Shown here piece after piece: positions 9,901-21,110 of a DNA stretch of 30,537 bases. This DNA is from Macrostomum lignano (Eukaryota). Location: the NCBI GenBank assembly GCA_002269645.1, contig NIVC01004944.1, positions 1 to 30,537 on the forward strand, in the 5' to 3' direction. Below the pieces are notes generated by a model. The model made no database searches and was not told the DNA's origin. It was given only the letters and a program-made list of their open reading frames with translations. Every line of letters starts with the position of its first letter. The first letter of the stretch is position 1. Both the position numbers and the translations under genes were made by a program.

Positions 9901-12900
9901 CCCTCCAGCCCACCCTCCTACCCTCTAGCCCTGCCCTCCCTTCCAGCTTCCACCCTCTTCTCCCTCCAGCCTTACCCTCCTACCCTCCAGCCCCACCCTC
10001 CTACCCTCTAGCCCCACCCTCCTACCCTCTAGCCCTGCCCTCCCTTCCAGCTTCCACCCTCTTCTCCCCTCCAGCCCCACCCTCCTACCCTCCAGCCCCA
10101 CCCTCCTACCCTCTAGCCCCACCCTCCTACCCTCTAGCCCTGCCCTCCCTTCCAGCTTCCACCCTCTTCTCCCCTCCAGCCCACCCTCCTACCCTCTAGC
10201 CCCACCCTCCTACCCTCTAGCCCTGCCCTCCCTTCAAGCTTCCACCCTCTTCTCCCCTCCAGCCCCACCCTCCTACCCTCCAGCCCCACCCTCCTTCCCT
10301 CCAGCCCCACCCTCCTACCCTCTAGCCCCACCCTCTTTCCCTCCAGCCCCACCCTCCTACCCTCTAACCCCACCCTCCTACCCTCTAACCCCACCCTCCT
10401 TCCCTCCAGCCCCACCCTCCTACCCTCCAGCCCCACCCTCCTACCCTCTTACCCCACCCTCCTTCCCTCCAGCCCCACCCTCCTACCCTCTAGCCCCACC
10501 CTCCTTCCCTCCAGCCGCACCCACTTCTCTTCTGTAGCCCCACCCCACCCCTTCCCTCCAGCCCCACCCTCCTACCCTCTAGCCCTGCCCTCCCTTCCAG
10601 CTTCCACCCTCTTCTCCCCTCCAGCCCCACCCTCCTACCCTCTAGCCCCACCCTCCTACCCTCTAGCCCTGCCCTCCCTTCAAGCTTCCACCCTCTTCTC
10701 CCCTCCAGCCCCACCCTCCTACCCTCCAGCCCCACCCTCCTACCCTCTAGCCCCACCCTCCTACCCTCTAGCCCTGCCCTCCCTTCCAGCTTCCACCCTC
10801 TTCTCCCCTCCAGCCCCAACCTCCTACCCTCCAGCCCCACCCTCCTACCCTCTAGCCCCACCCTCCTACCCTCTAGCCCTGCCCTCCCTTCCAGCTTCCA
10901 CCCTCTTCTCCCCTCCAGCCCCACCCTCCTACCCTCCAGCCCACCCTCCTACCCTCCAGCCCCACCCTCCTACCCTCTAGCCCTGCCCTCCCTTCCAGCT
11001 TCCACCCTCTTCTCCCCTCCAGCCCCACCCTCCTTCCCTCCAGCCCCACCCTCCTACCCTCTAGCCCCACCCTCCTTCCCTCCAGCCCCACCCTCCTACC
11101 CTCTAGCCCCACCCTCCTTCCCTCCAGCCCCACCCTCCTACTCTCTAGCCCCACCCTCCTTCCCTCCAGCCCCACCCTCTTCTCTTCTGTAGCCCCACCC
11201 CACCCCCTTCCTCCAGCCCCACCCTCCTACCCTCTAGCCCTGCCCTCCCTTCCAGCTTCCACCCTCTTCTCCCCTCCAGCCTTACCCTCCTACCCTCCAG
11301 CCCCACCCTCCTACCCTCTAGCCCCACCCTCCTACCCTCTAGCCCTGCCCTCCCTTCCAGCTTCCACCCTCTTCTCCCCTCCAGCCCCACCCTCCTACCC
11401 TCCAGCCCCACCCTCCTACCCTCTAGCCCCACCCTCCTACCCTCTAGCCCTGCCCTCCCTTCCAGCTTCCACCCTCTTCTCCCCTCCAGCCCCACCCTCC
11501 TACCCTCCAGCCCCACCCTCCTACCCTCTAGCCCTGCCCTCCCTTCCAGCTTCCACCCTCTTCTCCCTCCAGCCCCACCCTCCTACCCTCCAGCCCCACC
11601 CTCCTACCCTCTAGCCCCACCCTCCCCTCCAGCTTCCACCCTCTTCTCCCCTCCAGCCCCACCCTCCTACTCTCCAGCCCCCCCCTCCTACCTTCTAGCC
11701 CCACCCTCCCCTCCAGTTTCCAACCTCTTCTCCTTTCTAGCCCCACCCTCCCCTCCAGTTTCCAACCTCTTCTCCCCTCCAGCCTCACCCTCTTCTCCCC
11801 TCCAGCCCCACCCTCCTACCCTCTAGCCCTACCCTCCCTTCCAACTTCCACCCTCTTCTCCCCTCCAGCCCCACCCCCTTCCCTCCAGCCCAACCCTCCT
11901 ACCCTCTAGCCCCACCCTCCTTCCCTCCAGCCCCACCCTCCTCTTTAGCCCCACCCTCCTTCCCTCCAGCCCCACCCTCCTACTCTCTAGCCCACCCTCC
12001 TTCCCTCCAGCCCCACCCTCCTACCCTCTAACCCCACCCTCCTTCCCTCCAGCCCCACCCTCCTACCCTCTAGCCCCACCCTCCTACCCTCTAGCCCCAC
12101 CCTCCTTCCCTCCAGCCGCACCCACTTCTCTTCTGTAGCCCCACCCCACCCCCTTCCCTCCAGCCCCACCCTCCTACCCTCTAGCCCTGCCCTCCCTTCC
12201 AGCTTCCACCCTCTTCTCCCCTCCAGCCCCACCCTCCTACCCTCTAGCCCTGCCCTCCCTTCCAGCTTCCACCCTCTTCTCCCCTCCAGCCCCACCCTCC
12301 TACCCTCCAGCCCCACCCTCCTACCCTCCAGCCCCACCCTCCTACCCTCTAGCCCTGCCCTCCCTTCCAGCTTCCACCCTCTTCTCCCCTCCAGCCCCAC
12401 CCTCCTTCCCTCCAGCCCCACCCTCCTACCCTCTAGCCCCACCCTCCTTCCCTCCAGCCCCACCCTCTTCTCTTCTGTAGCCCCACCCCACCCCCTTCCC
12501 TCCAGCCCCACCCTCCTACCCTCTAGCCCTGCCCTCCCTTCCAGCTTCCACCCTCTTCTCCCCTCCAGCCTTACCCTCATACCCTCCAGCCCCACCCTCC
12601 TACCCTCTAGCCCCACCCTCCTACCCTCTAGCCCTGCCCTCCCTTCCAGCTTCCACCCTCTTCTCCCCTCCAGCCCCACCCTCCTACCCTCCAGCCCCAC
12701 CCTCCTACCCTCTAGCCCCACCCTCCTACCCTCTAGCCCCACCCTCCTACCCTCTAGCCCTGCCCTCCCTTCCAGCTTCCACCCTCTTCTCCCCTCCAGC
12801 CCCACCCTCCTACCCTCCAGCCCCACCCTCCTACCCTCTAGCCCCACCCTCCCCTCCAGCTTCCACCCTCTTCTCCCCTCCAGCCCCACCCTCCTACCCT

Positions 12901-13335
12901 CCAGCCCCACCCTCCTACCCTCTAGCCCCACCCTCCCCTCCAGTTTCCAACCTCTTCTCCTTTCTAGCCCCACCCTCCCCTCCAGTTTCCAACCTCTTCT
13001 CCCCTCCAGCCTCACCCTCTTCTCCCCTCCAGCCCCACCCCCTTCCCTCCAGCCCCACCCTCCTACCCTCTAGCCCTGCCCTCCCTTCCAGCTTCCACCC
13101 TCTTCTCCCCTCCAGCCTTACCCTCCTACCCTCCAGCCCCACCCTCCTACCCTCTAGCCCTGCCCTCCCTTCCAGCTTCCAACCTCTTCTTCCCTCCAGC
13201 CTCACCCTCCTCCCCTCCAGACCCACCCCCTTCCCTCCAGCCCCACCCTCCTACCTTCTAGCCCCACCCTCCCCTCCAGCTTCCACCCTCTTCTCCCCTC
13301 CAGCCTCACCCTCTTCGCCCTTCTAGCCCCACCCT
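6981..13335 (+). repeat. 21-bp C/T-rich minisatellite (CCCTC(C/T)AGCCCCACCCTCCT(A/T)) with variant units, about 6.35 kb
   Basis: Seen directly; source of the spurious GLEGRRV ORFs on the minus strand. Confidence 0.97.
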
Positions 13336-13434
13336 ATTTTCCTATTCAGCCTCACCCTTTCTCGTAGCTCTGCTAATAAAATTTAATTATCCTTTTCAGA
13401 AGTGAAAAATAATATTTCTCTTTTCTCTCTTCAG

Positions 13435-14322
13435 AATGTCCTCGCACCGGTCTTGAGGTCATACCACGTGCCGGAGCGACTGGTCGCAGCAACCATAACT
13501 CTCTTCTAGGAGACCCTGGCCGCCGTGGTGACACCTGACGGACTATCCGACCTGTTCAAAACGACCTCAGGGATGCTGCAAGGCGACACGCTTGCGTCCA
13601 ACCGTTTCGTGTTGGTGCTCGATGGGGTGCTACGTAGGGCCCTGCCAAGGTGCTACGTAGGGCCCTGCCAACAGATGAGGACAGCTTCCTACTGTGCCGG
13701 CAAACAAGCAGCCGCCAATCGGAGAAGCGGCTGTCACTCATGGGTTACGCCGACGACCTGGCGCTGCCCGCCTCTACGGCTGAGGGAGCTCAGCGCATGC
13801 TAGACAGCCTGGTTGGTGGCAGCTGCGGCATCGGTCGGGCTAGCGGTGAACATCGAGAAGACGGAGGTGATGACTGTACCTGCGGAGCTGCCTATCAAAA
13901 TCACCTGCTGGGACACCCGACGGTCATGCAGCAGCTCTACCTCGCTGCGCGTGCTTCACGTACCCCGGCGATCTTGTGCCCAGTGTCCAGGAGGACTTGG
14001 CGCGACGCAGGGGCCTGGCCTGGGCGGCCTTCCGCTCCATCCGAGTCGTCCTGCAGAACGCCGCGCTGCCAGACTGCTGCGATCACCTAGCGAGACCCTC
14101 CGCAGGCGAAGACATCAGCTGGCGGGCCACACCATCCACGCGGAGGCCTACTGTTCTCAACCAGTGCAAGACGTCCTGCTGCTCACGATGCAGGGCCCCT
14201 GGCGCCGGGGCTACGGCCGGGCGAGTCGCGTCGCGGATTGCCTGTTGGATGGCGCTGGGGTGATTGGCCAGGCGCACGCTGTTGCCGCCTTTAGAGAGCT
14301 CGCACTGAGAGAACTGATCTGA
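13435..14322 (+). pseudogene. Non-LTR retrotransposon (RTE-like) RT fragment, left-arm copy
   Basis: VTPDG..GMLQGDTLA..FVLVLD, YADDLAL, GLAVNIEKTEVM and C-terminal RRRRHQLAGH; stop near 13508, 23-bp tandem duplication 13626-13671, frameshifts. Clade assignment is from recalled motifs. Confidence 0.85.
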
Positions 14323-14898
14323 CATTGCCTCCCATTGTGAACTGTTACTTTTAACTCAACAATACTGGGTGTGCCTTGTTATTTTCTCTTCAAAAAAATT
14401 TGCCTAGCTGCGAACTGTGATGGTGCATATCGCGTACTCGTGATTCAATAGCTTATACTTATTACTGTTTTACTTATTGCCTTCCGATGTCAATGCTATT
14501 TATTGCATGTAATATTATCGCAAAATTTAAGTTCGGGTGTCATTATTTAGCTACTGCCGCTGTTCTGCATTACAATTATTATAGTACTTCCTATCTACTG
14601 ACGTAACATTGTACCAAAAATTTTACATTGCGTGGCGCCAAAACCAATCTTGTTGAATGCTACTAGCGTAATAGCCGTTTGAATCGCTTGAAATACATTG
14701 TAATGCCATGCTGTATTGCTTTTGACGATCTAAACGACACTGGCTAGACTTCACTGATCCATATGCTCCTCAAGCAAGGTATATGGAAAGCAGATTGAGC
14801 AGCAAACTTAGTGTTTGATTGATAGAGATATTGTATAGTTGGATCTTTGGATCACGGATAGAACCAAGGAATCTAGATCTGGAGGCATGGAGGCATGC

Positions 14899-16137
14899 GG
14901 GGGGAGCCGCCGAAAGCAGCGGAGCTGTTGGGGGAGCGGCGGAAAGCAGCGGAGCTGTTGGGGGAGCGGCGGAAAGCAGCGGAGCTGTTGGGGGAGCGGC
15001 GGAAAGCAGCGGAGCTGTTGGGGGAGCGGCGGAAAGCAGCGGAGCTGTTGGGGGAGCGGCGGAAAGCAGCGGAGCTGTTGGGGAGCGGCGGAAAGCAGCG
15101 GAGCTGTTGGGGGAGCGGCGGAAAGCAGCGGAGCTGTTGGGGGAGCGGCGGAAAGCAGCGGAGCTGTTGGGGGAGCGGCGGAAAGCAGCGGAGCTGTTGG
15201 GGGGAGCGGCGGAAAGCAGCGGAGCTGTTGGGGGAGCGGCGGAAAGCAGCGGAGCTGTTGGGGGAGCGGCGGAAAGAAGCGGAGCTATTGGTGGAAGTGG
15301 CGGAAAGCAGCGGAGCTGTTGGGGAGCGGCGGAAAGCAGCGGAGCTGTTGGGGAGCGGCGGAAAGCAGCGGAGCTGTTGGGGGAGCGGCGGAAAGCAGCG
15401 GAGCTGTTGGGGGAGCGGCGGAAAGCAGCGGAGCTGTTGGGGGAGCAGCGGAAAGCAGCGGAGCTGTTGGGGGAGCGGCGGAAAGCAGCGGAGCTGTTGG
15501 GGGAGCGGCGGCAAGCAGCGGAGCTGTTGGGGGGAGCGGCGGAAAGCAGCGGAGCTGTTGGGGGAGCGGCGGAAAGAAGCGGAGCTATTGGTGGAAGTGG
15601 CGGAAAGCAGCGGAGCTGTTGGGGAGCGGCGGAAAGCAGCGGAGCTGTTGGGGGGGGAGCGGCGGAAAGAAGCGGAGCTATTGGTGGAAGTGGCGGAAAG
15701 CAGCGGAGCTGTTGGGGAGCGGCGGAAAGCAGCGGAGCTGTTGGGGGAGCGGCGGAAAGCAGCGGAGCTGTTGGGGGGGGAGCGGCGGAAAGCAGCGGAG
15801 CTGTTGGGGGAGCAGCGGAGCTGTTGGGGGGAGCGGCGGAAAGCAGCGGAGCTGTTGGGGGAGCGGCGGAAAGAAGCGGAGCTATTGGTGGAAGTGGCGG
15901 AAAGCAGCGGAGCTGTTGGGGGAGCGGCGGAAAGCAGCGGAGCTGTTGGGGGGGGGGAGCGGCGGAAAGAAGCGGAGCTATTGGTGGAAGTGGCGGAAAG
16001 CAGCGGAGCTGTTGGGGAGCGGCGGAAAGCAGCGGAGCTGTTGGGGGAGCGGCGGAAAGCAGCGGAGCTGTTGGGGGGGGAGCGGCGGAAAGCAGCGGAG
16101 CTGTTGGGGGAGCGGCGGAAAGCAGCGGAGCTGTTGG
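14899..16137 (+). repeat. 30-bp G-rich minisatellite (GGGGGAGCGGCGGAAAGCAGCGGAGCTGTT), about 41 units
   Basis: Seen directly; G-run length varies; recurring variant AAGAAGCGGAGCTATTGGTGGAAGTGG. Confidence 0.97.
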
Positions 16138-16588
16138 TTTGATAACAGCTGACAGGCTTATTTGCATAGAGCGATGCTATGAGAATGAATTCAGTCAGTC
16201 AGTTTTAGGCAGAATGCTGGCTCTCTGCCTCTGCCTACCCTTCAACTGAATCGAGTGAACTCGCAGTGCCTGAAGTGCCCGAAGTTGGTTCTACATGTAC
16301 GTATGCATATTGTTTTGGCAAACTGGATTACAAAAAGGTACGGCTCATTTATTACAGTGTACTACATGTATTTGAGTGGCGAATTGGTGACGGTTTAAAT
16401 GTTACTAGGGCTACGTGTGTGTGACCCGGCCGGTGCTCTACTACCTTGAATTCATGCCCGTAAGGCTCAGCCTCCGATCATTTACTAATTATTTAATGTC
16501 GCGAAAGGGGACTCTCAGTCCCCAACATCCTGCATGGTATTTAGGGGGCCTAGGGTCTTGTCCTTGGGGCCTTCGACAAGTGACTGCC

Positions 16589-16790
16589 TGATATGTATGC
16601 CTTTTAGTACGAACTATGTCTATGGGCAAGCCTGCGAGCTGAAGTTGAGCTGGATTAAAAGAGAGACAGTTCGCTAAGTTAGACGCTAACGTGCGAGAAA
16701 TACACACGGCGTAAAAGCCAGAGCCTTGAGCTGACTAAACTTCTAAGTTGCTTTACTTAGTGACTACGTGATTTGTGCAAAGACGTAACA
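16589..16790 (+). repeat. 5' LTR of gypsy element 2
   Basis: Matches 20909-21110 with 2 substitutions (16628 A/G, 16673 G/T). Confidence 0.97.
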
Positions 16791-16791
16791 A

Positions 16792-16803
16792 TGGCGACGA
16801 GGA
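16792..16803 (+). other. Primer-binding site TGGCGACGAGGA (tRNA not identified)
   Basis: TGG (complement of tRNA CCA) 1 bp after the 5' LTR. Confidence 0.75.
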
Positions 16804-19800
16804 TGAAAATCAGCGAATTCTCCACAGACCAGCCAGACAAATGAAAAGCCTACGAGGAGCGACTGGAGCAGTTGTTCATCCTGGAGAAGATTGAAGACGA
16901 GGTCAAAAAGCGGGCTACACTGATCACAGCAATCGGTGATGACTGCTACGCGCTGCTTCGAGATCTGGTGTCTCCTAAGAAGCCCAAGGACGAAACGTAC
17001 GCAACTCTTCAGAAAGCGCTGCGGGATTACTTTGCTCCAAAGAAGAAACTCATTGTGGAGAGATACAACTTCTACCATCGCAACCAGAATGAAGGTGAGA
17101 CTGTAAGCGATTACATAGTGGGTCTGAGGAAGCTGGCATCAACCTGCGAATTCGATAAGTTCCTAGATGATGCATTGAGAGATCGACTCGTCTGCGGCAT
17201 TCGAAACAAACTAATTCAACAGCGGCTGCTCCAAGAGGACAAGCTCACACTGGATACAGCTCTGACTCTAGCAACAGCTATGGAGACTGCTGATCGAGGG
17301 GTCGCTGCTATAGCTGGGTCGTCTGTACATACCATCAACTTGTCCAAAGGTAGCCGACCTAAGCTTAGTCAAAGTACAAAGTTTGACAAAGCCGGACGCA
17401 GTGCCAAGAGTGGATGCTATCGTTGCCATGGAACTGACCATTGGGCCAAGAGTTGTCCATTTCGAGAAAAGGTTTGCTCAAAGTGTTCCAAGCAGGGACA
17501 TCACGAACGCGCATGCCGAACGAAGACCTCAAACGGAAGTGCCAGCAGACATAGGCATATACGAAATAAACCTGGATTCTGCAAGAAGACAAGAGCAGTA
17601 ATGGCTGAAGACTCTGAATCTGATAGTGAAGGATCAAGTGGCGAAATACAAACTGTTCGTTGGTGCGACTGCGACATTTCAACTGTCAGCTCTCCATACA
17701 GGTGTGTGATCAAGCTGCAAGGTACAAATGTTGAGTTCAACATCGATACAGGAGCCGACAGAACGCTAATCAACGAGCATTGCTACAAGGATATTGGGTT
17801 GGAGCTGAGCAAGACGTCAACGCGACTGTTTAGTTACTCGAACCATGCAATTCCGACGCTCGGTGAAGCTCTAGTCGAAGTCACTCATGGAGGACTGCAG
17901 CATAAGCTGAAAGTTTTGGTGGTTAAGGGCAACGGATCGAATTTGCTAGGAAGGGACTGGCTGAATATCCTTAAGCTGGATTGGCAGAAGGTTGTCCACG
18001 TGGCTGAAATTGGAAGCACCTTTTCACCAAAATCCATCTTTGAGGCTTACCCGGAGGTGTTTTCGTCTGGACTCGGACTCATCAACAACGCGAAAGCAAG
18101 GATCATTGTTCGTGAGGATTACTGTCCGAAGTTTCACAAGAGCAGACCTGTACCGTTTGCAATGAAGAAGCTTATTGAGGACGAACTCAATAACCTTGTC
18201 AACGAAGGGATCATATCAAAGCTGAGTTCATCAGATTGTGCTTCTCCCATTGTGCCAGTGCTGAAGAAAGATGGGAAATCAATCAGGATCTGCGCGGACT
18301 TCAAGAGGACTATTAATCCACAGCTGGAAGTGGACAAGTATCCACTGCCTCGACAGGAGGAAATGTTTGCTACTTTGAATGGTGGGAAGTACTTTTCCAA
18401 GCTGGACATTTCTCAAGCTTTTCTGCAGCTGGAGTTGGAAGAAAGCAGCAGAAAATTTACGACCATCAATACACACTTGGGATTGTATCAGTACAATCGA
18501 CTAACAATGGGCTTGGCTTCTGCTCCTGCTCAGTTCCAAGAAGCGATTGAGAAAATTCTCTGTGGACTGGAAGTTGTTGCTTGCATCGATGATATTCTAA
18601 TATCGGGAAGGTCACTCGAGGAACACGATCAGAAACTGCATAAAGTGTTGAAGACACTGCAATACAGGGGTGTCAGACTCAACAAGGACAAGTGCAAGTT
18701 TCGGCTGCAAAAAGTAGAATTCATGGGTCATATTATCAATAATGACGGACTGCACCCATCTCCTGACAAGGTAATTGCTGTGAGAAACGCACCGAATCCT
18801 ACCAGTGTGTCCGAGGTTCGATCCTTGGTTGGACTTATTAACTACTATGGGAAATTCATACCCAACTCATCAACTGTTCTGGCGCCACTCAACCGACTCC
18901 TGAGAAACGATGTGACATTCAGCTGGAGCAGTCAGTGCCAAGCTGCTTTGGACTCTGTGAAGTCAATTCTGACATCGGACCGGCTGCTGGTGCATTTCGA
19001 CCCAAAGAAGCCGATCATCCTACACACTGATGCTTCGAAGTATGGGCTCGGATGTGTTCTGTCCCACACAATGCCAGGTGGTGCCGAGCTGCCTATCAGT
19101 TACGCATCAAGGACACTGTCACCAGCGGAGCAGAATTATTCTCAGCTGGAAAAAGAAGCGCTATCAATCATATTCGGGATCAAGAAGTTCCATCAGTATC
19201 TATTCGGGAACAAGTTTATTTTGGTAACAGACCATAAGCCTCTAATTACTATTTTCGGAGAAAAGAAGGACATCCCGAGCATCGCAGCTAGCAGATTGCA
19301 ACGTTGGGCAGTCTTGCTCTCTGCTCATCAGTACGAGATAAGATTTCGAAAGACAGAGGACCACGGCAACGCTGATGCGTTATCCAGGTTGCCATTGCCA
19401 AGTTCGACGTCCCGAGTGGACAAAGTCATGGAACGTCGACTTCAAGAACTGCCTATCACCGCTGTCGAGATTCGTCGAGAGACAGCCAGGGATCCTATCC
19501 TGAGCAAGGTAATCAGGTTCTGCCAGAACGGTTGGCCGGAGAAATGTGAATTTGAGCTTGAGATATACCGTCAGAAAGGAAACGAACTCTGTCTTGAGCA
19601 GGGAGTCATCTTCTGGGGTATACGCGCCATCATTCCATCTAGCCTCCAACACCAAGTTTTGGACCTGCTGCACGAAGGACACCCTGGGATTGTATCGATG
19701 AAATCGATCGCTCGCCTGCACGTTTGGTTTCCGGGAATCGACCAACAGATTGAAAGAGCTGTGAAACAATGCAAGGGATGCGAACTGCAGCGAAGCAAAC

Positions 19801-20858
19801 CACCAGAATCTGCTGTTCACCCGTTGAGTTGGCCAGAAAAGCCATGGACGAGACTTCAGGCAGATTTTTTCGGACCGTGTTTCGGATTCAATTGGTTGGT
19901 AATCGTGGATGCCACATCAAAATGGGTAGAGGTTTTTCCAATGAAAGTTGCCAGTGCCGCGAACACCATTCAACGCTTTCGAGAGACATTTGCTCGGTTT
20001 GGAATACCTCGACAGATACTGACCGACAATGGAAGCCAGTTTGCATCACAGGAGTTTGCTGAATTCACCAAGCGAAATAACATCCATCACATCTTCAGTG
20101 CTGTAGGACATCCAAGAACCAACGGGCTCAGTGAGCGAATGGTTCAAACAGCCAAGAATGTGATCAGAGCAGGCATGAAGAGCCACGGTGATGCCATGCT
20201 GAGCCTGCACAATTTCCTATTCCGCTATAGAAGCACGCCTCATAGCACAACTGGCAAGTCACCTGCCGAGATGATGCTTGCGTATGCAAGACGGACAAGG
20301 CTGGACTTCCTGAAGCCAGACACATACGGGAGAGTCCTGGATTCGCAAAGTAAGCAGATGATGCGCCGGGAACATATTCCTCACCGAGAGTTTCAGGCTG
20401 GAGATATAGTGCTAGCTCTTGATTTCAGGAGGGAAAAAGAAAACAAGTGGGCTCAAGCCAAAGTGTTGAAACAGACTGGGCCGCTGTCCTACCACGTGGA
20501 AGTCAACGGACAAATCTGGAAACGACACGTGGATCATCTGATCAAATCTGAAACCGAAGTTGTGCCCCAGCCACAGTGTGATTTCGACACAGAACTAACG
20601 CAAGCACACAATGCCAAGAATAGCTACAAGTTGAAAAAGGATGCAAAAGAGGAAGCTGAATCGACGGGACCAAATCTAGAGCATCATGGTCAGACTGGCA
20701 AGTCTTCGCGGGCCATAGACAAAACTCGAAAGTTAGCCGCGTCATCAAGCTTCGATATCAAGCCAAAGGACGGCCAAGATGTGAAACAGCATCCGAACCA
20801 ACGTGTTTTGCGTGACCGGTCAAAACTGAAGAAACCGGATTTTTTTGTTGCGAATTAA
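16803..20858 (+). CDS. gag-pol: Single-frame Gag-Pol polyprotein with one in-frame TGA at 16842-16844
   Basis: Two CCHC knuckles (CYRCHGTDHWAKSC, CSKCSKQGHHERAC); PR IDTGAD, LLGRDWL; RT ICADFK, LDISQAF, CIDD; RNase H TDASKYG, EKEAL, TDHKPL, NADALSR; integrase HEGH..CKGC, TDNGSQF, GLSERMV. ATG 16803 (and 16791) is in frame with the track ORF that starts at TTG 16872. Confidence 0.95.
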
Positions 20859-20893
20859 CTGAACTGAACTGTTTTGACTGAACAATTTTTTTT

Positions 20894-20908
20894 AAAGAAA
20901 AGGAGGAA
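20894..20908 (+). other. Polypurine tract of gypsy element 2
   Basis: AAAGAAAAGGAGGAA immediately before the 3' LTR. Confidence 0.9.
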
Positions 20909-21110
20909 TGATATGTATGCCTTTTAGTACGAACTATGTCTATGGGCGAGCCTGCGAGCTGAAGTTGAGCTGGATTAAAAGAGAGACAGTTCTCTAAGTT
21001 AGACGCTAACGTGCGAGAAATACACACGGCGTAAAAGCCAGAGCCTTGAGCTGACTAAACTTCTAAGTTGCTTTACTTAGTGACTACGTGATTTGTGCAA
21101 AGACGTAACA
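20909..21110 (+). repeat. 3' LTR of gypsy element 2
   Basis: Direct repeat of 16589-16790, followed by CTGCC. Confidence 0.97.

Larger units (their letters stand above)
16589..21110 (+). mobile_element. Full-length Ty3/gypsy (Mag-like) LTR retrotransposon 2, 4522 bp, TSD CTGCC
   Basis: 202-bp LTRs (TG...CA), CTGCC at 16584-16588 and 21111-21115, PBS, PPT, single gag-pol frame; the right arm (24481-24493) preserves the empty site. Confidence 0.97.

Noticed and set aside
6999-13226. Many minus-strand ORFs encoding GLEGRRV repeats (and plus-strand equivalents at 27290-28845)
   Set aside because: They are translations of a 21-bp array, start at non-ATG codons and break at every homopolymer indel.
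14899-16137. CRISPR-like regular 30-bp repeat
   Set aside because: Units are head-to-tail with no unique spacers, no cas genes, and the context is eukaryotic.
14770-16249. 200-476 aa ORFs in several frames over the 30-bp array (also 24866-25790)
   Set aside because: The unit lacks stops in most frames, and frames switch with G-run length; no sign of coding constraint.
16507-16523. Hairpin GGGGACT-CTC-AGTCCCC as a terminator or Helitron end
   Set aside because: No T-tract and no properly spaced CTRR end; an isolated 7-bp stem is expected by chance.
17365-20748. Short antisense and alternate-frame ORFs inside gag-pol (also 806-4820 in element 1)
   Set aside because: Shadow ORFs of the retrotransposon coding strand with no recognisable motifs.
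20500-20908. env-like gene in gypsy element 2
   Set aside because: The pol stop (20858) is only 50 bp from the 3' LTR; there is no room and no hydrophobic signal or TM segment.
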